Positions 7,414-14,881 of a stretch of 33,170 nucleotides of DNA are shown here, one piece after another. Both the position numbers and the translations under genes were made by a program. The notes under the pieces were generated by a model. The model was not told the DNA's origin. It did no database searches and worked only from the letters and a program-made list of their open reading frames with translations. Positions within the stretch are counted from its first letter, which is position 1. Every line of letters begins with the position of its first letter. The stretch comes from Candidatus Bathyarchaeota archaeon (GTDB taxonomy: Archaea; Thermoproteota; Bathyarchaeia; TCS64), in assembly GCA_041304265.1 (NCBI GenBank), contig JBFYNQ010000113.1, forward strand, positions 1 to 33,170, read 5' to 3'.

Positions 7414-7580
7414 CGAAGAGATGGACCCGGAAGCGCAGACGGGAAAAACGGGAAACACTCAAGAGAGATCTATATAGCACACTTGGCTGGAATTGTTGAG
7501 AGATATGCATGTACCTCCTCTTTCGAAAGGAGGGCATCCTCTAACCTGAAAGTCTAAAAAAGGCATACGCTGAATATTGT

Positions 7581-7895
7581 ATGGTGAATGAGTTGCCTAG
7601 CAATGATGTTAAAATTACCGTTCTGAAGAAGGTCAAGACTGGTGAGATTCTCAAGGAGTACGGTGCCTCGACGGTTGAGCAGGAATGCCCCGTCGTCAAG
7701 GAGGGCGTCGAGTACCTTAGCAAGGGAGGCAAGATACCCGAGGGCTTCTGCGGCTGGGCTTGGGCCGACATCCAGAGGGACGTGGCTGTCCTCGCATTCG
7801 GCGGCGACTTCCCATGGATCAAGAAGAAGGGTACGATGATCAGCTGCTGCACAGACGGCTTACGCCCGGTCATCTTCAAACTGGAGCGAGTCTAG
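7581..7895 (+). CDS. small Cys-containing protein resembling the TIGR04076 family (function unknown)
   Basis: The 104-aa pattern CPVVKEG...IPEGFCGWAWADI...GGDFPW...ISCCTDGLRPVIFKLERV matches my recollection of the TIGR04076 signature. Confidence 0.65.
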   Translation: MVNELPSNDVKITVLKKVKTGEILKEYGASTVEQECPVVKEGVEYLSKGGKIPEGFCGWAWADIQRDVAVLAFGGDFPWIKKKGTMISCCTDGLRPVIFKLERV

Positions 7896-7998
7896 TTCTT
7901 CAGGTAGCGCGTGCCCTTTTTCCCTGTCATGGAACTATACCTCAGTGACCTCCAGAAGGTCCCACCTGAGGAGATTCTGACAGAGATACAGGCTCCCA

Positions 7999-8400
7999 TC
8001 AAGAGCTGATCTTTTCGGCGAAGAGGCGCATAATGACCTTGTGGTCCTCCTCAAGGTCTAGGCGATCCACCTCGCCGCGCCCTATCCAGAATGTCTCCTC
8101 CGCCTCGGTGCAATGGGGCTCACCAACCCAATCCTCGCAGATGAACCACCTGTTCAACTGAGACTCTACGTCAGTGATGCAGAGCATCCTGTCGTAAAAG
8201 GTGAAGCGATTGCATTTGACCCCGAGTTCCTCCCACAGCTCCCTCCTGCACGCCTCCTCATAGGACTCACCGGACTCAATGTGGCCGCCGGGGATGACGA
8301 CGGCGCCGGGGAATGTCTCTCTGTCCTCCCTCCGCCTCTCAACTAGGACCTTCCCGCCCCTGACGAGGATGAAGCTGACAGTGTCGACCGTCTTCTTCAT
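7999..8400 (-). CDS. Nudix hydrolase (MutT-like)
   Basis: Nudix box GGHIESGESYEEACRRELWEELGV. I prefer the ATG at 8400 (MKKTVD) over the TTG at 8421, which would overlap the upstream gene. Confidence 0.85.
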   Translation of the reverse strand: MKKTVDTVSFILVRGGKVLVERRREDRETFPGAVVIPGGHIESGESYEEACRRELWEELGVKCNRFTFYDRMLCITDVESQLNRWFICEDWVGEPHCTEAEETFWIGRGEVDRLDLEEDHKVIMRLFAEKISS

Positions 8401-8408
8401 GTTGACCG

Positions 8409-9245
8409 CTACTTTTGGCAACCCGGGCAGTAGTAGACCTGGCCGCCGCCATGCGCCATCTGCTCCACCTTAGACCCGCAACGGGGACAACCCGCGTCCT
8501 TCATGCTAGGGCCCATCCTCGGCGCGTAGCCACCCGGCTTGCCGAAGAGGTCGACGAACTCGCCCTTGCCCCCGAGGCGCAGCCTCTCCTCGATGAGGTC
8601 GTTCACGGCGGGGTAGAGGGCGTCGGCCTGGCTTGGGGTAAGCTCTGAGGTCTTCGTGTGGGGGTGTATACCCGCTCGCCAGATTATGTCCTGGAAGGCG
8701 CTGTTGCTCAGCCCAGTTACAATGGCGTCCTTGCCTACGAGGATGGGCTTAAGCTGTGTTCCCTTCGATTTGATTAGTTTTCGGAACTGCTCCTCGGTCA
8801 AGTCGAGGGGGTTTGACGCGCCGAGGTAGTCGCGCTTGTACATATAGAGCCCGGGGAGTTGCTCATCGCGGGCTGCGTAGATCAGCCCCATGCTTGTAAG
8901 GCGCACGGTAAGAGAGTCGCCGCCTGCGAAGCCGACGTGTAGGTGGTGCCTCGCCTCCTCGCCGCGGGGGTGGTAGAGGATGACGCCGCCGTATTCCGGC
9001 GCGAGAATTAGGTTCATCCCCCCATCCAGCTTGACCCTGAGAGTGTTCCCGCTGCTCCCAGCTCCCTCGACGCGCCTGCCGATGAGCTGCTTGAAGTCAT
9101 CAAGGTTCTTGTTGATGAATCCGATTCGGATCAGTTTCTCGTAGTCCTTGAGGTCGTAGGATTCGATGATCTTGCCCTTTATGGTCTCATCGAGCTGCTT
9201 CGCGAGTATGCGTGCCTCGGGGTATTCGATGCTCACACCGTTCAC
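8409..9245 (-). CDS. Fpg/Nei-family (H2TH plus zinc-finger) DNA glycosylase-like protein lacking an N-terminal proline
   Basis: H2TH region LKPILVGKDAIVTGLSNSAFQDIIWRAGIHPHTKTSEL. C-terminal zinc finger CPRCGSKVEQMAHGGGQVYYCPGCQK. The N-terminus MNGVSIEYPEARIL aligns to the canonical MPELPEVE, but the Pro is internal. GTG start. Confidence 0.75.
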   Translation of the reverse strand: MNGVSIEYPEARILAKQLDETIKGKIIESYDLKDYEKLIRIGFINKNLDDFKQLIGRRVEGAGSSGNTLRVKLDGGMNLILAPEYGGVILYHPRGEEARHHLHVGFAGGDSLTVRLTSMGLIYAARDEQLPGLYMYKRDYLGASNPLDLTEEQFRKLIKSKGTQLKPILVGKDAIVTGLSNSAFQDIIWRAGIHPHTKTSELTPSQADALYPAVNDLIEERLRLGGKGEFVDLFGKPGGYAPRMGPSMKDAGCPRCGSKVEQMAHGGGQVYYCPGCQK

Positions 9246-9289
9246 CGATTGTGAGCCGGTTTCATCCCCCTTTAAGCGTTGGGTGGGGG

Positions 9290-10174
9290 CTAGAGGTTGA
9301 TAAGGAGGACGGCTGCGAGGGTCAGTGCGATGCCGAGGGCGTTGATTCTACTGATCTTCTCCTTGAAGATGAGCCATGCCAGTATGGTGACTAGGAGCAG
9401 ACCCCCAGAGTTTACGAGCGGGAAGACCACCGCCCCTGGGAGCAGCGTCAAGGCGAGCAGAGTGGATAAGTTGACACCTATGTTGCATATCCCCACAGCG
9501 CCCCCGTAGGCAAAGTCGCGCGGAGTAATCTCGCCTTTGTATTTCAGGGCGATGGGTATGGTCATCAGTGTCGCCGCTGTAAAGACGACTACGAAGAAGG
9601 CATCCCTCTCCGCCCCGAGGCCGGATGCGACGAGTACCTTCGAGGTGAACTGGGCAAAGCCTTGCACTACGAGCTGGACGACTATGAGTGCGAGCGTCTC
9701 CCGGTCGAGTGCGCCGTTGAGACCACTTTCCCTCGACGCGAGGAGGGGCAGCGAGACGAGTGCTACGCCAACTCCGATGAGCTGGGTAACGCCGAGACTA
9801 TCGCCGTAAAGCGCCACCGAGAGACTCACGGGAATGAGAACCGAGAGCTGACTCGCTGAGACTGCTATCGATGCGCCGCGCCTACCTATCGTGGTCATTC
9901 CGAGATACATCCCGCCTATGTAGAGGAGACCACTGATGACGCCGAGGCCTATAGTGAGCAGCGAGGCGGAGTGAAAGCCGTTGAGGGCGAACATGACGAA
10001 GCTGAGCGTGAGTGCTACGCAGTAGTTCGCGGCGATGACACCCCACCGAGTCTTTATCGACTTGACAGCGAGTCGATTAACCATGTTTATGCCGGTTATG
10101 GCGATTATACCCGAGATGACGAACGCCATCGGGGGCACACCTGAGAGGTCCAAGATTGTACCAAGCAGACCCAC
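9290..10174 (-). CDS. DMT-superfamily (EamA-like) membrane permease
   Basis: 294 aa with about 10 hydrophobic helices in two similar halves. GTG start at 10174, with an alternative ATG at 10129. Family call is by topology only. Confidence 0.6.
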   Translation of the reverse strand: MGLLGTILDLSGVPPMAFVISGIIAITGINMVNRLAVKSIKTRWGVIAANYCVALTLSFVMFALNGFHSASLLTIGLGVISGLLYIGGMYLGMTTIGRRGASIAVSASQLSVLIPVSLSVALYGDSLGVTQLIGVGVALVSLPLLASRESGLNGALDRETLALIVVQLVVQGFAQFTSKVLVASGLGAERDAFFVVVFTAATLMTIPIALKYKGEITPRDFAYGGAVGICNIGVNLSTLLALTLLPGAVVFPLVNSGGLLLVTILAWLIFKEKISRINALGIALTLAAVLLINL

Positions 10175-10199
10175 CTACGACTATATAATCCTTAGAAAA

Positions 10200-11006
10200 T
10201 TAGTAGCCAGCTTTCCGGAAGATGGCTTCAGCAGATCGACGTGCAGTTGAAACGCCCGACAGTTTCAACAACGACTCTCCGCATAGTACGGCCCTCGCGA
10301 GGTCATCATCAGCCGCCAGCTTGCCGAGGTATCTCTCCCCAGTCTTCGCCTCAACCTCGGCTTCCCAACCTTCAGGAAATCTGTAGTTACCGACGACGAA
10401 GAACCTTTTACATATCAGATTAAGATCGCCCAGCAGCCTGCGGCTCCTCCTTACGTGGTCGAATGCCTTCTGGGAGGGATCTATAATATCGAAGATGTCA
10501 TCAACTGCAGGGGTTACGCGGCGGTTAAGCTGCTCGAGCCCGGCGGGGCTGTCTATGATAACGTGGCGGTAGCTACGGATCATGCCCGTAAACGCCATCT
10601 TCATCGCCATGTTCGGCGTGCAGTAGCATCCCTCACCCCACTTCACGCCAAGCGTGATTAGGTCGAACCCTCCACCCTCGTAGAGCCCCTCGCCCCAGAT
10701 ACGTGCCTCCAGCTTCTCGATTGGAAATGGCTGAGGACGATCGGTACCGTCATTTTCCCTCTCCATGGTATCGAGTAGAAGCTCGGAGACTGTTGACTTA
10801 CCGGCAGCCAATAAGTCGACACCAATCATCTCGGCGAGGTTCATATCTGGGTCGAGGTCGACAAGTAGGATAGGAGTTTCGCCCTTCTCAAGGAAGTGTG
10901 CGGCGAGAAGGACTGTGAAGCTGGTCTTCCCGGTTCCGCCCCTACCCACGACGGCGATACGCTCCAAAAAAGTCACCAGTTTACGGTTATCGCCTTCTGG
11001 GGACAT
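10200..11006 (-). CDS. CooC-type P-loop NTPase (MinD/ParA superfamily metal-insertion accessory protein)
   Basis: Deviant Walker A VVGRGGTGKTS, then LVDLDPDMNLAEMIG, and the CooC-style metal-binding motif GEGCYCTPN (CxC). The start is ambiguous. ATG 11006 or GTG 11018 would overlap the upstream gene. GTG 10976 would form a GTGA start/stop overlap with the ferredoxin gene. Confidence 0.8.
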   Translation of the reverse strand: MSPEGDNRKLVTFLERIAVVGRGGTGKTSFTVLLAAHFLEKGETPILLVDLDPDMNLAEMIGVDLLAAGKSTVSELLLDTMERENDGTDRPQPFPIEKLEARIWGEGLYEGGGFDLITLGVKWGEGCYCTPNMAMKMAFTGMIRSYRHVIIDSPAGLEQLNRRVTPAVDDIFDIIDPSQKAFDHVRRSRRLLGDLNLICKRFFVVGNYRFPEGWEAEVEAKTGERYLGKLAADDDLARAVLCGESLLKLSGVSTARRSAEAIFRKAGY

Positions 11007-11230
11007 GCCTTGACACACTTACCGCAACGCGTGCAGAGGTCGGTCCAGACGGCGGTGACCTGCCAAAGATCAGGGTCGTACCGGTTCTTCTGCTTAGCCC
11101 CAATTGTCTCGTGGCGGATAAAGACGGTAGGGTCGCAAGTCTTGAGACACACCCCGCATTCGCGAGGATCGATGCCTCCCGTCGCGTTACCACACTTTTT
11201 CTGGTCGATGTTGATCCGCGTCCAGCTCAT
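10973..11230 (-). CDS. small 4Fe-4S ferredoxin-domain protein
   Basis: 85 aa with CTRCGKCVKACP (CxxCxxCxxxCP) and a second, looser motif C...CGVCLKTCDP. Its ATG is 2 nt after the upstream stop. Confidence 0.75.
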   Translation of the reverse strand: MSWTRINIDQKKCGNATGGIDPRECGVCLKTCDPTVFIRHETIGAKQKNRYDPDLWQVTAVWTDLCTRCGKCVKACPQKAITVNW

Positions 11231-11232
11231 GG

Positions 11233-12102
11233 CTAGTACTGCCCCCTGAGACCAGGGACCTCCTCGCGTGGGATGAGCCCCAATGCGTCAAATTTGCACG
11301 CGTCCCGGCATAAACCGCAGCCGAAGCACTTGTTCTGGTCGATAATCACCCTCTTGAGAGTGGCGTTATACCTTATAGCACCGAACTGGCAGCGAGCCAC
11401 ACACCTCATACAGCCCTGACACATGTCGGGGTTAACCTCAGCCACGTACTCCGCCTTGTAAACGGTATGTATACCGAAGTCGTTGCGTAGACGTAGTCCA
11501 CCGCACTGGGGTACCTCGCAGCTGCAAATCGCGTTGATGTAGGGCACAGGCTGGAACCAGACAGTGCTCACCCTGCCCTTACGGTTCTGCTCCTCGAGCG
11601 CTGCCACCGCCTCGTACCGCGTCAACCGCACCTTTGTACCTTCCGGAATAAACCGGGGCAGCTTCTCGATCACCCCACTCAAAGCACCGAAGTTGATGCA
11701 ACAGACATCCTTGCACCCCTTCTGCATCCAGCGACACATACAATAGTTCTGGATTATGGGCTCCGCAGCGAGCGTCAGCATGATAGTCTTCGCCTCCTCG
11801 ATGGGTATGACCTGCCCGAAGTGACCATCAGCGCGCACCGGATTCCTGTGAGCGCCTTCGCTGTGTATCATCCTCTCAGCCTGCCAGCGGATCGCCCTTC
11901 CGATTATGGGCATACGCAGCTTATACCCGAGCCCAATACTGCTCATCCCCATCATCTTCCTGATGTAGACCTGCTCGAAGTTCATCCACTGCTCCGTCAG
12001 GTACGCTTCCATCTGCATCTGCTCTGCGAGCTCGTTTGAGTAGTTGCGGGCGTTGAGGTACCACTTGCCACCGGCGCCGTGCTTCATACACCACTGGCAC
12101 AA
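11233..12102 (-). CDS. Cys-rich Fe-S protein with N-terminal CxxC and a C-terminal 2x[4Fe-4S] ferredoxin domain (function unknown)
   Basis: 289 aa. N-terminus M-CQWC-MKHGAGGKWYLNARNY. Further Cys clusters NYCMCRWMQKGCKDVCCINFG and ICSCEVPQCGG. Classical motifs CQGCMRCVARC and CFGCGLCRDAC. TTG start at 12102 keeps the CxxC. TATA-like box at 12131-12139. Confidence 0.75.
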   Translation of the reverse strand: MCQWCMKHGAGGKWYLNARNYSNELAEQMQMEAYLTEQWMNFEQVYIRKMMGMSSIGLGYKLRMPIIGRAIRWQAERMIHSEGAHRNPVRADGHFGQVIPIEEAKTIMLTLAAEPIIQNYCMCRWMQKGCKDVCCINFGALSGVIEKLPRFIPEGTKVRLTRYEAVAALEEQNRKGRVSTVWFQPVPYINAICSCEVPQCGGLRLRNDFGIHTVYKAEYVAEVNPDMCQGCMRCVARCQFGAIRYNATLKRVIIDQNKCFGCGLCRDACKFDALGLIPREEVPGLRGQY

Positions 12103-12130
12103 GGCTGGATCGAATCTATTCTCCTCGTAG

Positions 12131-12139
12131 AAAATTTAA
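12131..12139 (-). promoter_or_regulatory. TATA-like box for the Fe-S/ferredoxin/CooC operon
   Basis: TTAAATTTT on the minus strand, about 33 nt upstream of TTG 12102. Confidence 0.4.
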
Positions 12140-12160
12140 CACCATTGACGGTGTGCGGAA

Positions 12161-12168
12161 GTTAAATA
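12161..12168 (+). promoter_or_regulatory. TATA-like box for the PEP-utilising phosphotransferase gene
   Basis: GTTAAATA centred about 28 nt upstream of ATG 12193, directly preceded by GTGCGGAA. Confidence 0.4.
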
Positions 12169-12192
12169 CGCTAAACCGGCAAGCCTCATATC

Positions 12193-14877
12193 ATGTCTTC
12201 GCGGGTGCTGACGGTGGATCTCGCCGACGCCTCAAGAGCGGATATGGCGCGTGTTGGCGGAAAAGCGGCCAACCTAGGCGAACTCATCGACCAAGACTTC
12301 CCCATCCCAGGCGGATTCATCGTCACCACAGACGCCTACGCTCTCTTCGCCGAGGAGAACAATCTACAAACCACCGTAAACGCCGAGCTCGCCATGATCG
12401 ACTTCGAGAACCCCGACTCCGTCGATGAACACGCCGCCAAGATAAGAGCGGCGGTGGAATCTGCCCACATCCCAGAGGCGCTTGCCACAGAGATCGAGGA
12501 ACACTACACTAGGATGGGTAGAACGCCCGTCGCAGTCAGATCATCATCTACTGCCGAAGACCTTGCCTCAGCCAGCTTCGCCGGTCAGCTCGAGACTTAC
12601 CTGAACATTAAGGGTTGCAAGAGCATAACCGAGGCTGTGAAGAGGTGCTACGCCTCCCTCTGGTCCGGAAGGGTGCTCGCCTACGCAAAGCGCAGCGGCC
12701 TCGACGCTAAAGACGCCAAGATGGCTGTCCTCATCCAGCATATGGTTCCCTCAAGGAGCGCCGGCGTCATGTTCACTGTCAGTCCCCTTAGCACAGACGG
12801 CTCCGAGTTTCTCATAGAATCCACGCTAGGGCTCGGCGAGGCACTGGTGTCTGGGGCTGCGACTCCGGACAAGTATGTCCTCGGCAGGAACGGGGACGGG
12901 ACGTTCAGGATGCTAGCCAAGGAAATCAGTGCCAAGGGCAAGATGGCCCGCGCTTTCAAGGGAGGCGTCGAATACGTCGACCTCACTCCCGCCGAGGGAT
13001 CACAGCCGAGCCTAACCGATGAACAGGCGCTCAGCCTCGCCTCCCTTGGCGAGAAGATAGAGACACGCATGGGAACACCTCAGGACATAGAGTGGGCGAT
13101 AGGTGATGACGATCAGCTATACATCCTTCAGTCTCGCCCAATCACGACCATCCGAGCCGAGAATCCTGACGAGATTGTTTGGACGCGGGGGTACAGCGAC
13201 GACTACTGGAACGACCCAGTTACACCCCTCTACTTTGAGCTTCTCGGCGACCACATCACTCAGTATGTGAACGTCGAGCTCAACGAGATAATGGGATATA
13301 AGAGCCTCGATGCCCCGAAAACAAGGCAGCTCCTCAAGCTCCACAAGGCGCACGCGTACCTCAACCTCGAGGGCCACAAGCGGAAGGTAGAGAACGAGAT
13401 ACCTCCATTCCTTAGGAACGACGACGTGCTCAACTACTTCCCTGAGGGTTCCGGCCCCTACGGGAAGGATGTGATGAGAGGGTTACGCTTCAACATCACG
13501 GGGAGGTTGCTCGCGGAGATTCGGGTCGCGCTAAATGACCCAAATGGTGGTGGGGGGAGAACGGATAAAGCGTATGTCGCGTGGAGTGACTCCACGTTTG
13601 ATCCTTTCTTTGCCGGTTTCCCCGCCCGCATGGAGGTGCTGGATGGTAAGCCGCTCTCAGATTACGTCGCCCTCGCGGATGAGATTCATGACCTCATGAT
13701 CGGTCACTACCGCCTCGTACGCTATGGCATACCTGTCCACAACATCGGCATGAACCTGCTAACTCAGTATCTCCTCGCGCGCTTCCTTGGTGCCGAGGAG
13801 GGGCGTCGGGTTTACCCGATACTAGTCTCTGGCCTCAGGGATAAGACGAGGGAGACGAACGAGCGGATCGGGGAGCTAGCCACTGCCGTTAGGGCGTCCC
13901 CCGATCTCCAGAAACTGATTATCTCCAAGCCCTCGCCGAAGCTCTATGCACTCATCTCATCTTCCAAACTACCCGATGTATCGGACTTTAAACAACTGTT
14001 CGATGCATTCATCGCCGAGTATGGTGCTAGGGGATTCACACGTGAAGCCTACTACCCACGCTGGGGAGACGAGCCCGCCTACGTCTTCGACATCCTCAAG
14101 TCACTGGTCTCAGGCGAGGCGGTGGACACCACTGCTGCGGGGGAGAGAAGCGCTAAGGTGAGGCAGGAAACCGAAACGAACGTCAGAAAACAGATCGACG
14201 TCCAGTTCTTAGGTTTCGCTAAGTGGGCGCTATTCTCTAACATAATTGGGATGGCCCGCCGTTACATAGTCTTCAGGGAGAAGCAGCGTTTCAACCTCGA
14301 CAGATGGATAACAATGGTGCGAAGACTCCACCTAGTTATCGGGGCGCGGCTTGTGGAGGACAGGGTGCTTCGTTCCGCCTCGGATGTCTTCTTCCTCACG
14401 AAAGCGGAGCTTAGAGACATCGCAAACGGAGCAGTATTCACCGATGTGTTGACTACAGTCGCCTCCAGGAAAGCGGATTTCGAAAAGTACGAGAATGCTA
14501 CGCCCCCCAAGTTCCTACAGGGAGATAGAGAATTCAATGACCCTCCCCCCGAAGGAATCGACAACTTCAAGGGCATTCCCGCCAGCCAAGGCGTGATCAC
14601 CGCTACTGTCAGGGTCCTAGACGGTATAGAGAATATCTGGCAGGTACAGACCGGTGAGATACTCGTCGTCCCACGTACAGATCCGGGGTGGACACCAGTC
14701 TTCAGCAAAATCGGCGGCCTCATCACGGAGACCGGGGGAATACTCAGCCACGGAGCTGTCGTCAGCAGGGAGTATGGCATCCCTGCCGTCACGAACATTC
14801 CCGGTGCGTGTAGGAGATTCAAGACGGGACAAAGAGTGACAATAGACGGGGTCAAAGGAGAGGTAACCGTTGAATAA
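12193..14877 (+). CDS. PEP-utilising enzyme family phosphotransferase with rifampicin-phosphotransferase-like architecture
   Basis: N-terminal PPDK_N/ATP-grasp signature (ADMARVGGKAANLGEL, SSSTAEDL..ASFAGQ). C-terminal swivelling phosphohistidine domain TETGGILSHGAVVSREYGIPAVTN. The roughly 430-aa central region shows no PEP/pyruvate TIM-barrel motifs that I recognise. Confidence 0.8.
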   Translation: MSSRVLTVDLADASRADMARVGGKAANLGELIDQDFPIPGGFIVTTDAYALFAEENNLQTTVNAELAMIDFENPDSVDEHAAKIRAAVESAHIPEALATEIEEHYTRMGRTPVAVRSSSTAEDLASASFAGQLETYLNIKGCKSITEAVKRCYASLWSGRVLAYAKRSGLDAKDAKMAVLIQHMVPSRSAGVMFTVSPLSTDGSEFLIESTLGLGEALVSGAATPDKYVLGRNGDGTFRMLAKEISAKGKMARAFKGGVEYVDLTPAEGSQPSLTDEQALSLASLGEKIETRMGTPQDIEWAIGDDDQLYILQSRPITTIRAENPDEIVWTRGYSDDYWNDPVTPLYFELLGDHITQYVNVELNEIMGYKSLDAPKTRQLLKLHKAHAYLNLEGHKRKVENEIPPFLRNDDVLNYFPEGSGPYGKDVMRGLRFNITGRLLAEIRVALNDPNGGGGRTDKAYVAWSDSTFDPFFAGFPARMEVLDGKPLSDYVALADEIHDLMIGHYRLVRYGIPVHNIGMNLLTQYLLARFLGAEEGRRVYPILVSGLRDKTRETNERIGELATAVRASPDLQKLIISKPSPKLYALISSSKLPDVSDFKQLFDAFIAEYGARGFTREAYYPRWGDEPAYVFDILKSLVSGEAVDTTAAGERSAKVRQETETNVRKQIDVQFLGFAKWALFSNIIGMARRYIVFREKQRFNLDRWITMVRRLHLVIGARLVEDRVLRSASDVFFLTKAELRDIANGAVFTDVLTTVASRKADFEKYENATPPKFLQGDREFNDPPPEGIDNFKGIPASQGVITATVRVLDGIENIWQVQTGEILVVPRTDPGWTPVFSKIGGLITETGGILSHGAVVSREYGIPAVTNIPGACRRFKTGQRVTIDGVKGEVTVE

Positions 14878-14881
14878 CAAA

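Noticed and set aside
7042-7557. 171-aa plus-strand ORF (Arg-rich, RRVRLVRRVRVRCG...) and the overlapping minus-strand ORFs 7173..7406 and 7249..7458
   Set aside because: The translations are low-complexity read-throughs of the GTGCGG/CGCAC repeats. Several frames and strands are open at the same place, as expected for GC-rich repetitive DNA rather than a gene.
7600-7632. C/D-box sRNA-like elements (ATGATGT ... CTGA)
   Set aside because: They lie inside the first codons of the TIGR04076-like CDS. No C-prime/D-prime boxes or terminal stem are evident.
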